Shown: positions 9,401 to 19,079 of the stretch, piece by piece | Position numbering within the stretch: the stretch's first letter is position 1 | Layout of the letters: every line of letters starts with the position of its first letter | Source of the DNA: an uncultured virus (IMG/VR IMGVR_UViG_3300027798_000036) | Taxonomy: Duplodnaviria; Heunggongvirae; Uroviricota; Caudoviricetes | IMG/VR virus record: IMGVR_UViG_3300027798_000036 | Length of the DNA: 64,000 bases | Strand: one strand, 5' to 3' | The notes under the pieces: model-generated | Databases searched by the model: none | What the model saw: only the letters and a program-made list of their open reading frames with translations | Told to the model about the DNA's origin: nothing | Made by a program: the position numbers and the translations under genes

Positions 9401-10081
9401 AAATATATACTTATCCACACTTTTGTCCATACCTGACACCCTGTCAGTTCATAAAAAAATATGGGTTTGTGGATAACTTTGGGGGTAAAAATTTGGAATT
9501 GTCAAAATGTCAGTCCCCTCTTTCGCATGGGGATAATGCCTTCACAAGGTTTTAGTTTCCCCCACTTTCTCCCACAGGTGTATATTACCATAGTGTTATT
9601 CCCCCTGACGCTATTGTAAGGACCAATTTATCCCCTCTGTTGACCCCTACAGAACCACTTTTTTCTATAGTGTTAAACCCCAGAGAATAATAGTTGTTAT
9701 GGTCTACGAGGGCGGGAGACCCTTTAGGGTCCTTTAATCCCCCTTCAACGAGGGATGAAGTCCTTTTTTAAGATGACAACTAATGGACAACTTAAGTGGG
9801 TAATCTATTCCTGTCCCCTTAGTTCTATGGATATTATATATGGTGGTAAAAAGTGGGACATTATGTTTTGTATCTCATTCATCAGGTGAAACCTGACATT
9901 TACGATACAACTAATCAGTCCCCCACTATTATCTATTCTATATGACATTACATATAATTGGTCGTAGACCAATACTTTTATATGTCATTACATATACGAA
10001 GATAACATATCACCATCTCATTGTATCCATCTCCTTTAGTGGGGGACAAACTATAAGTGGGGGGTTCTTATTGTGGGGGAA

Positions 10082-10534
10082 TTACTTTTCCGTAATGGCC
10101 GTTACGGTAATCGGTGTTACCATAGGTTCTAAGAAATTACAGAGGTCAGTAAGATATTTCATACACTCAGGGTCTTTCATACTACAATCTATAAGTTCTA
10201 TCCTCTTAGGGTCTTCTAAGTACCATAGAGCAAGTTTGATTGACTTAACCTTAGTATCATATACATCACCGAACTCATGGTCATCATTATACCATCCTGT
10301 TTGGGTTTTTTGTTTAGTAAACTCTATAGAGAAGTTTAGGTTTGAACCATCGGTATAATGTTCAGGAACGTAATGAATATATACACCATTATCTTCTAAT
10401 GTCTTATATGTGTTTAATGTTACATCACCTATTAATTCCATAATCTGTCTTGTAAGATGACCTGCAGTTTTATAACCATCTAAATTCCATTGTATAATAA
10501 GATGTTCTATTGTTGAATGTAATTCTTTATCCAT
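10082..10534 (-). CDS. hypothetical protein
   Basis: ORF from MDKELHSTIEH. Confidence 0.6.
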   Translation of the reverse strand: MDKELHSTIEHLIIQWNLDGYKTAGHLTRQIMELIGDVTLNTYKTLEDNGVYIHYVPEHYTDGSNLNFSIEFTKQKTQTGWYNDDHEFGDVYDTKVKSIKLALWYLEDPKRIELIDCSMKDPECMKYLTDLCNFLEPMVTPITVTAITEK

Positions 10535-10747
10535 AGTGTTAATAATAATATATTCCCCCTGTTTAATCAAATCATATACGCATTTATCCGTATATATACG
10601 AATGAATATCCGATTGGTTTATAGTTGTTAGTTTACTATAAACAGAATGAAGTAAAATTATGAATGAATGTGTGGAACGGAGTGAAACACCATGAGTGAG
10701 TAAATTTACTTTATGATGTATCAAATCTTAATGATGCCGGGAACTGA

Positions 10748-11371
10748 TTATTCCCCCACCCTTTTTTCTTCTTTTTTTGGAACAATTACCGCATATTGTC
10801 CATTCCATTCAGATGCTGGTGGAATGTTTGGATTACCAGGGAATGCGGTTAACAATGAATAAACATTTCCGTTTTTAATACCTTGTAATATTTCATCATC
10901 TTCTTTAACATCATCAGGAAGATATTCTGGATTTGATTTTCTTATAATTAATGTTAATGTATCGGTCTTAAAATTATCTGAAGATTTGCTAGTATAAATT
11001 AAAGGGACTTCAATATCATTACCTCGTTCTTTTTTTGTTGTGGTAGTTTCTTTTGCGTCTTCATAATTTATTGCTTCATCATATGGTTTAACCAAATCAT
11101 AACCAATATTAGGAACGTTAACTTCAAACGCTCCACCTTCACCCAATTCATTATTTTCCAATGCCATATTAATAAAATTATTAATATCTTCATCAGTTAT
11201 TCCTTCTTTAAAGGTTGAACCTGTTCCAAATTGATTGTGAGTTTTTATATGGTTTTTTGTATAATCGGCAACTAAAACAACATTTCCATCGTTTGATTGA
11301 ATTTTATCTGTGGCTTCAATGATTAATCCCATCATTGATTTAATTCTGTCTATGTTTTCTTGCAATTTCAT
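10748..11371 (-). CDS. hypothetical protein, MKLQE leader; possible EndoU-like nuclease fold
   Basis: HIKTH...GSTF...LLTAFPG pattern; TATTTAT-N5-ATG. Confidence 0.6.
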   Translation of the reverse strand: MKLQENIDRIKSMMGLIIEATDKIQSNDGNVVLVADYTKNHIKTHNQFGTGSTFKEGITDEDINNFINMALENNELGEGGAFEVNVPNIGYDLVKPYDEAINYEDAKETTTTKKERGNDIEVPLIYTSKSSDNFKTDTLTLIIRKSNPEYLPDDVKEDDEILQGIKNGNVYSLLTAFPGNPNIPPASEWNGQYAVIVPKKEEKRVGE

Positions 11372-11433
11372 AATTAATAAATATGACACCCTACCCCTTT
11401 TTATTATATTTACTTTTACCTATATTTATAGTT

Positions 11434-11739
11434 ATGGAAGCATCCACCGAAATGATTAAAAGAGTATTAGAACACTTGGTTTCACCTAAGTGGAATGGTA
11501 TTGTGGAATATGAGATTGAACCTTCTACACACGATGATACAGGTGTAGAATACTACATGATAGATGTTATATTTGATATTGCTGGATATTGGGCGAAATA
11601 TCACGCAGGTGAATATGATTATTCAGACCAAATGGATGCAGAGATTGAAGCTGATGTTAGAAATGCGGTGAAGTATTTGGGTATTAACACAACATTTGTA
11701 ACAATATATGTTAGGGATGAAGATGGAAATAATAAATAG
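11434..11739 (+). CDS. acidic protein of the 'KYLGI' paralog family
   Basis: TATTTAT-N4-ATG; similar to 15201-15764 and 15905-16177. Confidence 0.7.
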   Translation: MEASTEMIKRVLEHLVSPKWNGIVEYEIEPSTHDDTGVEYYMIDVIFDIAGYWAKYHAGEYDYSDQMDAEIEADVRNAVKYLGINTTFVTIYVRDEDGNNK

Positions 11740-11747
11740 AATTACTA

Positions 11748-12086
11748 TTATGGACAAACATATTGATGCATAAGACGTAATCTTTCACCATATTTGTCTT
11801 TAGCATATTTCTCCATCATCCTATACGCTTTACCCCACTCAGGTGAACTATCATCCACACTTTCAAAGTAATCCCAATATATTGTGTTTAATGTTTTAGA
11901 AATTGTTGCCTCAATAAATTCATCCTCATCAATTTTACATATAGAATATTGGACATTGACTTCATCTGCAGATAGAAAGATTAAATCATCAACATTACTT
12001 ATTCTTCTTTGTACGGCAGCCAAAAGATTGGACTCATTTAATCCCATCATCTCTTGTATTCTATTTACCTGTTCCTGTAAGTTCAT
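11748..12086 (-). CDS. small protein, MNLQE leader, 'RR' paralog family
   Basis: MNLQEQVNRIQEMMGL start; 4-nt overlap with the upstream gene. Confidence 0.75.
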   Translation of the reverse strand: MNLQEQVNRIQEMMGLNESNLLAAVQRRISNVDDLIFLSADEVNVQYSICKIDEDEFIEATISKTLNTIYWDYFESVDDSSPEWGKAYRMMEKYAKDKYGERLRLMHQYVCP

Positions 12087-12562
12087 TTCTTCTTCTTTAC
12101 ACAGTTAGGATATCTTTTACCAAACATTGTCTTCATACCTTTTTGAGTATAACCTGCCCAACATCTTTCAGTTAATTCCCCCTCTTTCATCTCTTGGGTT
12201 TTCTTTTTAGATTGTTCTTTCTTAGACTCAATATATTCAAACGCAGTCTTTAATCTTTTTTTAACTTCAGGGTCTTTTGCTCTTTCTAAGGCAACTCTTA
12301 ATCTTTGATGAATCAGATTAATAATCTGAGATTGTCTGGCATGTGATTTTGACTTGAAACTTTCTTTGTTTAATGTGTCAACAATATCTTGTTTTGTTCT
12401 AAACTTTACAGATACAGTATCACTTGGATTTTCATCCGTATATAATCTTCTGTCAGAACCTTCAGGTTTTTTACCTGTTCCTGATTTTGGGTCATTTTCA
12501 CTAATAACACGTTTTACTAATGATATTAATTCTGATTCTGTTAATCTAACTATTTTTTTCAT
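12083..12562 (-). CDS. basic protein with long LTESEL leader and C-terminal CWxGY...PNCV motif
   Basis: GRRLYTDENP-like and CWAGY..PNCVK motifs recalled from T4-like phage proteins. Confidence 0.75.
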   Translation of the reverse strand: MKKIVRLTESELISLVKRVISENDPKSGTGKKPEGSDRRLYTDENPSDTVSVKFRTKQDIVDTLNKESFKSKSHARQSQIINLIHQRLRVALERAKDPEVKKRLKTAFEYIESKKEQSKKKTQEMKEGELTERCWAGYTQKGMKTMFGKRYPNCVKKKK

Positions 12563-12563
12563 A

Positions 12564-13343
12564 TTACTTTCTGTTGTAAGGTCTAAATCTCAATGGATTT
12601 GCTTTTATTGCTGACTTAGGAAATCTTAATCCTACTCCTTGTCGTCTTGCGTTTTTTAATGTTCTTGCGTATTCATCAAGTTCATCATTGTTTTCTTCTG
12701 CTTGAATACCTTTAGTCTTATCTAAATTATCCTTTGGTATTTGTTTAATAATTGAAAAGTTATATCCCCAATAGTTTCCTTCATCACCAATACTTGATAT
12801 TCTTAATGGACGGCTATTCATTGTATCGGCAAATGTTGTCTCAGGATAATCATTTATTTTATCCAATTTATTTTTTATTTCATCCCAATCAACATCAACA
12901 TAATCACCATACTTTGTTAACATTTCATCAAACGAATCAAAACCATCTGCGAATCCTCTCCATCCACTATTGTAATAAGGTTTGTCATGTTTAACAAAGA
13001 TATATTTAATTCCTAATGGGTTTTTATCTTCATCCACATCCCTTCGTCTCTTCTCAAAGTATTGTCTTAGTTCTTCACCATAGTTGTCGTTTAGATACTC
13101 TTTTATTTCATCCCAAGCCTTATGATAATCATCACCATACTCCTCAAATTCTCTTGGCATGATATCATACATGGCTTTGTGAATTGTTCTGAGTGTGGCC
13201 ATATCTAATTCTGTTGGTTCCTCTTTCTGAAACGCACCTATTCTATGTTTTTTAATTATACTGTCAATATTGCTGAAATCTATTCTGCGTTTTATTGACG
13301 GTGTAAGTTCTTCTTTTAATATTTTTCTAATTAAATCTTTCAT
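12564..13343 (-). CDS. hypothetical protein, MKDLIRKILKEE leader
   Basis: 259-aa ORF in a tightly packed operon. Confidence 0.8.
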   Translation of the reverse strand: MKDLIRKILKEELTPSIKRRIDFSNIDSIIKKHRIGAFQKEEPTELDMATLRTIHKAMYDIMPREFEEYGDDYHKAWDEIKEYLNDNYGEELRQYFEKRRRDVDEDKNPLGIKYIFVKHDKPYYNSGWRGFADGFDSFDEMLTKYGDYVDVDWDEIKNKLDKINDYPETTFADTMNSRPLRISSIGDEGNYWGYNFSIIKQIPKDNLDKTKGIQAEENNDELDEYARTLKNARRQGVGLRFPKSAIKANPLRFRPYNRK

Positions 13344-13345
13344 AA

Positions 13346-13879
13346 TTAATAAAAAGTTTTTACACCCATGTATTTTGATAAATCATATTTATCTATTATC
13401 TGTTTGAAGATTTGTTGTCTATATCTTACACCTAATGTATTTTTTTTAGTAAGGAATGTATAACCAAATCCAGAATCTCCACTTGTTCCCAAAACTTTGT
13501 AATATGTTTGGTCATGAAGTCTTTGTGGTCTCAATCTGGCATTAAAATTAAATTCGTGACCGTTTTTTGAACCAAATATGAATTTCCCCAATTCTTTTTC
13601 ATCCGAATGCCAAGATTTACTTTCGTCTATTCCAAGTTCATCAACTAACGCCTTATGTAAATATAAATTCATTCTATCCAAAGACATATAAGCAAGTGGT
13701 GTAGTTGTATCTTCACTAAACTTAATAATGTCACCGTCATAAAGAATTTTAATTAAATTTTCAACTCCACCCATAACTCTGGCAGCAGTTTCTAATCCTG
13801 ATTTTTTTATCAGGGATTTAATGGCATCTTTTTTAGATTCAGTTTGTTCTCTTAATATTTTTCTAATTAAATCTTTCAT
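13346..13879 (-). CDS. hypothetical protein, MKDLIRKILREQ leader
   Basis: start moved to the leader Met. Confidence 0.8.
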   Translation of the reverse strand: MKDLIRKILREQTESKKDAIKSLIKKSGLETAARVMGGVENLIKILYDGDIIKFSEDTTTPLAYMSLDRMNLYLHKALVDELGIDESKSWHSDEKELGKFIFGSKNGHEFNFNARLRPQRLHDQTYYKVLGTSGDSGFGYTFLTKKNTLGVRYRQQIFKQIIDKYDLSKYMGVKTFY

Positions 13880-13880
13880 A

Positions 13881-14246
13881 TTAGCAAAGGTGGTCATCTT
13901 TAATGTCCTGTATTAAATTACCGCCAGTAAATTTATCGGAATACTTATCGTTAAAATATTTAATTATTGCCTTATTAATTTCTTTTTTAGACACACCAAA
14001 AGACCTTCCATATTGTGTTAATCTTTTCCAATTATCACAATCTGTTGAAACCCAAAGATTCCCAAATATATTCTTATGAAAAGATAAAAATTTACTATCA
14101 GGTTGGTAAAATCTGACATAACCATTACCATCATTTATAACAACAAAGTCTTTTAATACTCTATCAAAGAAATGACTTAAGACATTATAGTAATTGTCCT
14201 CGGTCATTAAATTGGAAAGTTGACTCTCCGTGATAATAATTTTCAT
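13881..14246 (-). CDS. hypothetical protein, ITESQ leader
   Basis: TATTTAT-N4-ATG; heads the operon running to 11748. Confidence 0.8.
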   Translation of the reverse strand: MKIIITESQLSNLMTEDNYYNVLSHFFDRVLKDFVVINDGNGYVRFYQPDSKFLSFHKNIFGNLWVSTDCDNWKRLTQYGRSFGVSKKEINKAIIKYFNDKYSDKFTGGNLIQDIKDDHLC

Positions 14247-14260
14247 ATCTATAAATATAA

Positions 14261-14542
14261 CTACATAGATTTAAGGATTACTTCCAACATCTGAATTTTA
14301 TCCTTATCTTCTTTTGTCTTCCTTGGTTTACTCTTGAGGTAACCAATCGCGTCCATTATTTCTTTTTGCTTAGCGTTAACCACAGGTGCAGTTTCTTTTG
14401 TAGTCACAGGTTTTCTTACACTCTTAGTCTTAGTTACGGTTGTCTTTGGTTTCTCATTATATAGGACATCCATCAACATTTTGGCTTTCCTTTCATCTTT
14501 GGTGATTGCTAGTATCAACAGGTATGTAAGTATCTTATCCAT
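14261..14542 (-). CDS. small basic protein; C-terminus similar to 33691-34011
   Basis: TATCTTTG-N4-ATG; LKSKPRKTKEDKDKIQML vs LVSKRNKTQRDKDNLDLL. Confidence 0.7.
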   Translation of the reverse strand: MDKILTYLLILAITKDERKAKMLMDVLYNEKPKTTVTKTKSVRKPVTTKETAPVVNAKQKEIMDAIGYLKSKPRKTKEDKDKIQMLEVILKSM

Positions 14543-14611
14543 ACAACAAAGATACGAAAAAACCCCCACGTTGCCATGAGGGTTCAATATTATATTCATC
14601 AAGACTTTTTC

Positions 14612-15157
14612 TTATTTTGCTTGTTCAATGTTATAACTCTCAAGCATTTTGGCATATTCATCGGTATCTCTCCTCCTTATACTTTCTCTCTTTGCTAATT
14701 CTTGAATTTTTATAAGTCCATCTATGATTTGTTCTGGACGTGGAGGACAACCCGGTACATACACATCAACGGGAATTATGTTATCAATACCTTGAAGAAC
14801 GCTATATGTATCAAATATTCCACCAGAACAAGCACAAGCACCAACCGACAATACCCATTTAGGTTCAGCCATTTGGTCATATACCTGTTTGAGCACAGGA
14901 CCCATCTTTTTTGATATAGTACCCATGACCATCAATAAATCTGTTTGTCGTGGAGTAAAAGACAAACGTTCAGAGCCAAATCTAGCCAAATCATAATTGG
15001 CTCCCATTGTCGCCATAAACTCAATTCCGCAACAGGATGTGGCAAAAGGCAAAGGCCAAAGAGAATTTGCTCGAGCCAATCCAATAACTTTATCAAATGA
15101 AGTGGCAAAGAAACCTTGTCCTTCTACTCCTTCGGGTGAATCAACGATTTTTACCAT
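14612..15157 (-). CDS. nuoB: NADH-quinone oxidoreductase subunit B
   Basis: [27 protein letters not shown] and [14 protein letters not shown]2 cluster ligands intact. Confidence 0.97.
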   Translation of the reverse strand: MVKIVDSPEGVEGQGFFATSFDKVIGLARANSLWPLPFATSCCGIEFMATMGANYDLARFGSERLSFTPRQTDLLMVMGTISKKMGPVLKQVYDQMAEPKWVLSVGACACSGGIFDTYSVLQGIDNIIPVDVYVPGCPPRPEQIIDGLIKIQELAKRESIRRRDTDEYAKMLESYNIEQAK

Positions 15158-15200
15158 ACTTTATTATTTTTTATATAGTTACAAAGATACGAAAAACTCC

Positions 15201-15764
15201 TTATACTAAATGAACAAACATCTCACTTATAGGTAATTTTTTGTGAAGTGTGTTCCATAAAGCTGTATAGTCTTTTTCATGTAATTGTTTTTTTAATCCA
15301 ATATATAGTGAGAATTCAGGATAAGAATCACTTCTTGGATATATTGTTATCTCATCAAGTTCTGGTAATGTTTTACCCGTTTCAATTTGATATTCCATTT
15401 CAACATCTTCCCACTTATCATAAATTATTTTCTCCATCATTTTGATGAACTCTTGTTTATCATCAATTATGAATTTACTTAAAACTTCAAAATCATCTAT
15501 ACCAATATACTTTATATTATTAGATATTACATCTTCAGCATTACTCATAAAATTATAGTAATCTTCGTTAAAGTCAGAAGTAACATTGTTGTACCTATAT
15601 GGGTCAACGTGAATGTTTGCAATATATTTACGCCAAGTTGGATATTCTCCACTTTTATGTTGACTATCTGAAACAGGTTCAACACTTATTTTTACACCTT
15701 TTTTTTCAAATAGTAACTTTGATAATAATTTTTCAATTTGGGTTGCAACTTGACTACGGTCCAT
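15201..15764 (-). CDS. hypothetical protein, 'KYLGI' paralog family
   Basis: IEKLLSKLL...NNIKYIGI. Confidence 0.7.
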   Translation of the reverse strand: MDRSQVATQIEKLLSKLLFEKKGVKISVEPVSDSQHKSGEYPTWRKYIANIHVDPYRYNNVTSDFNEDYYNFMSNAEDVISNNIKYIGIDDFEVLSKFIIDDKQEFIKMMEKIIYDKWEDVEMEYQIETGKTLPELDEITIYPRSDSYPEFSLYIGLKKQLHEKDYTALWNTLHKKLPISEMFVHLV

Positions 15765-15904
15765 TACTATTAAATATCATTACTTACCCCATTTTGTTTT
15801 GAATATCATATAATAAAGTACAAGTGGTAATGCTAATACCAACCATAACAGACAATTTAATCTTTCTTTATTTGACATTATCTTAATATACAATATTTAT
15901 CAGT

Positions 15905-16177
15905 ATGTATCAATCAAATGAAATGATATCAGTTAAAAAACTGTTAGATAAATTAATCAAACCAAAACATCCAAACATAATTAGATTTGATGTTCGTGCT
16001 TATGATACTGACAGAGTGGGTTCAATCCCACATGTTTATGTTTATTTAAAAGACCATGATGATGAAGATGAACTTAACATAGATTGGGAAATTAAAGATG
16101 TTTTAAGATATTTATCAATCAAAAATCACATGATAAGATTCACACTTGGTGATGATGATGATTCAGCCTCCCTGTAA
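15905..16177 (+). CDS. small protein, 'KYLGI' paralog family
   Basis: TATTTAT-N4-ATG; VKKLLDKLIKPK...DVLRYLSI. Confidence 0.7.
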   Translation: MYQSNEMISVKKLLDKLIKPKHPNIIRFDVRAYDTDRVGSIPHVYVYLKDHDDEDELNIDWEIKDVLRYLSIKNHMIRFTLGDDDDSASL

Positions 16178-16287
16178 TCAGGGTGTTTTAGGACCGTTAC
16201 CGTTTCGGTAACAAAAAAAAGAGGAATTCGCTACTCCTCTTTTTTATTTTGATACGGTATGATACGCAAATATACGAGAGTGATACT

Positions 16288-16722
16288 TTAGATGTAAATA
16301 TTATATTTGGATTCTATTGTGTAGTAATAATGATTTTGTTGCAGGTATTGAAGTGTTGGATGTGGGTCAAAGTGCGGTAAAAATGTTCCATTTTCATTTT
16401 TAAAGATGCAACAATGTGGTTTTCCTCGTTGGGATGCACCTCTCATAATTACATATTCTTCTTTTGTCTCATCATCTAATGAATGTTTTTTAATACATTT
16501 TTGATGTTTTAAGTCTAACCATAAATTCATAACTTTAAACCACGCATGGTCCTCAGTTGTTTTGTCTTTTTCATCTAACCCATAAAATGTGTAGACATTA
16601 GGAACTTCATCAATTGGTTCATCCAACAATGAAGCAACACAGGCAATTAAACAATTACCATATGTAAGCCTTTTACCATCTGAATAAAACAGAGAGTATT
16701 TTGTTTGGTTTGTAAGTTTCAT
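16288..16722 (-). CDS. conserved phage protein with papain/C39-like Cys-His-Asp motifs
   Basis: GNCLIACVASLL...PHCC...HFDPHP. Confidence 0.65.
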   Translation of the reverse strand: MKLTNQTKYSLFYSDGKRLTYGNCLIACVASLLDEPIDEVPNVYTFYGLDEKDKTTEDHAWFKVMNLWLDLKHQKCIKKHSLDDETKEEYVIMRGASQRGKPHCCIFKNENGTFLPHFDPHPTLQYLQQNHYYYTIESKYNIYI

Positions 16723-17642
16723 TATTTATTTTTTTTCATAAATTTGTAATCAAAGTCAACATCTAAGTTGAATGATTTTACAAATGGTCGTATTTTTTTA
16801 AATACTGAGGGATTAAAATCATCTTCCCAAATATAATCAGGTAAATCAAAATATCCAACATCTTCCCATGTATCATCCTCTTCATTACCTACCATTAATC
16901 TATTGATTAATAAATAAATTGTACCTTCATATTGAATTGGTTCATCATCTTCTTGGACATCCGTTTTCCAAAAATGAGTACTTTCTTCATCAAAACTATA
17001 TTCCATATAAACATCCACTCGTTCATTATCATCATATGGTGTTGAAAACCAAGTTTCAAACGTTGAGTTATCAGGAATGTATTTTTTTAATAATGAATTA
17101 AACATTTGAGTTGCTTTACCGTCAATATTATCTCTATGTGATTCTTGAATAAATTCTTTTGAGAATTTCTCTTTACTGTAATCAGTAAAATATCTAATCA
17201 TTTTATAGTAATCAGATAATAAATCTAATTTATCAAATTCATTTTCTACTTGAGATTGAGATAAAATACTATTATTATCACCATACATCATAATTCCTGA
17301 AGGTGCTGCGTATTTACCACCCAAGTAATTATCATCTGGTTTATTAATGAATAACCCATATTTGGTATTACCTAATCTTTGAGCAATCTCAGGGTTTTTA
17401 ATTACAAGATATGCCAATGAACCCATTTCATTATGTTTATTAAACATGGTGTCATCACATCTAGTTGTTGTACACCATTTAGCGTTGGCTCCATATTTTT
17501 TACTTGCTTCAAATGTCAGTGGAACAACCAATTCAAAATTATTATTTTTGAATAGTTTAATGTACTCATCAGAACTTACTTTAAATTTTTCAGTAATCTG
17601 ATGAGTCTCTTCTTTTAATACTTGAAGAATTAGTTGTTTCAT
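16722..17642 (-). CDS. protein with MKQLILQVLKEE leader and 'YGxxxKWCT' domain
   Basis: VVPLTFEASKKYGANAKWCTT; TATTTAT-N5-ATG. Confidence 0.8.
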   Translation of the reverse strand: MKQLILQVLKEETHQITEKFKVSSDEYIKLFKNNNFELVVPLTFEASKKYGANAKWCTTTRCDDTMFNKHNEMGSLAYLVIKNPEIAQRLGNTKYGLFINKPDDNYLGGKYAAPSGIMMYGDNNSILSQSQVENEFDKLDLLSDYYKMIRYFTDYSKEKFSKEFIQESHRDNIDGKATQMFNSLLKKYIPDNSTFETWFSTPYDDNERVDVYMEYSFDEESTHFWKTDVQEDDEPIQYEGTIYLLINRLMVGNEEDDTWEDVGYFDLPDYIWEDDFNPSVFKKIRPFVKSFNLDVDFDYKFMKKNK

Positions 17643-17723
17643 TAGTAATAAATAGTTGGTAAATAAAAAAACCCTCACGATTAGTGAGAGTTCATTATGT
17701 TATATGTTATTGTTTGATTAAGA

Positions 17724-18026
17724 TTAATCAACAACTTCAGTGTTTGTTTCACCATCCTCAGGTTCAGGACCTAATTGAACAAATCCTCCTTCAGGAATAT
17801 CTTGTTCACATGGTGCTATATGCACTTGGTTTTCTTTTTTAAACACAATAACTTTATTCACGTCATCTTGACCTTCAATTTTTGTCATTTCAGTTAAGTT
17901 AATAACAACGCCTTCATTTTCTTGTAATAAAAACCCTAAAGTTTTTGCAAATATTAATGACGCTTTAAACCAGTCTCTTTGGTTAATTTGATTTTCGTTT
18001 TCTTCTGGGTTCGTATTATTTTCCAT
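17724..18026 (-). CDS. acidic hypothetical protein
   Basis: ORF followed by a terminator at about 17664-17692. Confidence 0.7.
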   Translation of the reverse strand: MENNTNPEENENQINQRDWFKASLIFAKTLGFLLQENEGVVINLTEMTKIEGQDDVNKVIVFKKENQVHIAPCEQDIPEGGFVQLGPEPEDGETNTEVVD

Positions 18027-18216
18027 AAATGTAATTATACTATTTTTAATTTTATTTATCAAGTTAAAATACTTATTATTATGTTTAAAATGTTATGGAA
18101 TAAAATGTTACTTTTTTTTGGTTTAAAATCAAAACCTAAAAAAGAGTTATTAAATGAAGTTGTAAAAACTGATGAACCAAAAGTTAAACGTTTAGTATAT
18201 CAAAAAAGAACTTAAT

Positions 18217-18531
18217 ATGAATTTATTAGAAGAGTCATTACGAATTAAAAAAATGATGGTTATTGAACAATCATCATCAGACAATTATTTTAAAGAATTC
18301 TCTGAAGGTAATTTTAATAATTTAAAAGAGTTTTTATCAAATAATTCAGAATTTGTAAATAAATTAAAAATAATATTACATCAAGATTCAATTGATTCTA
18401 TTGAATCATCTTTAGTTAAATCAAATAAAACAAATTTAATGAGAGGTATGTCTGACGCTAAAAAATCAAAAGACATGGACTTATATAAGTTTTTAGAAAT
18501 CTTTCTAAAAAATGCCGATGTTTTATATTAA
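18217..18531 (+). CDS. hypothetical protein, MNLLEESLRIKKMM leader
   Basis: leader variant; follows a 44-aa ORF (18081-18215) that has TACTTAT-N4-ATG. Confidence 0.7.
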   Translation: MNLLEESLRIKKMMVIEQSSSDNYFKEFSEGNFNNLKEFLSNNSEFVNKLKIILHQDSIDSIESSLVKSNKTNLMRGMSDAKKSKDMDLYKFLEIFLKNADVLY

Positions 18532-19079
18532 AAGCCTAACTCTGTCTCAATATCAGCCAACTTTGGAAGGACTCTGTCTTTGTCTGACATTATTAATTGG
18601 CTAACATCTACACCCCAATCTATATTAATTTCAGGGTCATTATATATAATACCACCGTCTGCTGATGTCATATATAACTCATCACATTTATAATGGAATA
18701 CAGCAACATCTGAAAGTGTAACAAACCCATGAGCAAATCCTTTTGGAACCAACATCATTTTCATATTGTCTTCAGATAATTTAACACCAAACCATTGTTT
18801 GTAGGTGTCTGATGATTTTCTAAGGTCAACCACAACATCATATACTTCACCTACAATACATCTAACAAGTTTTGCTTGTGGTGCTATCTTTTGAAAGTGA
18901 AGTCCTCTTAAAACTCCTTTAACACTAATTGATTGGTTATCTTGTACAAAGTTTGTATAGATACCTTGTTCCCTGAAAAAACGTTGGTTATAAGTTTCAA
19001 AAAAATACCCTCTGTTATCTTCGTGAACTGTAGGACTAATAACATACAAATCTTTAATTGGTGTTTGTTCTATTTTCAT
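18528..19079 (-). CDS. rmlC: dTDP-4-dehydrorhamnose 3,5-epimerase
   Basis: DNRGYFFETY, QDNQS, GVLRGLHFQ, PKGFAHGF and YKCD motifs. Confidence 0.96.
   Translation of the reverse strand: MKIEQTPIKDLYVISPTVHEDNRGYFFETYNQRFFREQGIYTNFVQDNQSISVKGVLRGLHFQKIAPQAKLVRCIVGEVYDVVVDLRKSSDTYKQWFGVKLSEDNMKMMLVPKGFAHGFVTLSDVAVFHYKCDELYMTSADGGIIYNDPEINIDWGVDVSQLIMSDKDRVLPKLADIETELGF

Larger units (their letters stand above)
8394..9476. promoter_or_regulatory. cluster of DnaA-box consensus sites; candidate replication origin
   Basis: TGTGGATAA at 8394, 8436 and 9468; TTATCCACA at 9411; one-mismatch GGTGGATAA at 8468. Confidence 0.55.

Noticed and set aside
16190..16290. GATACG-like short repeats and hairpins between convergent genes
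   Set aside because: Adequately explained as bidirectional terminators; the repeats are too short to support more.
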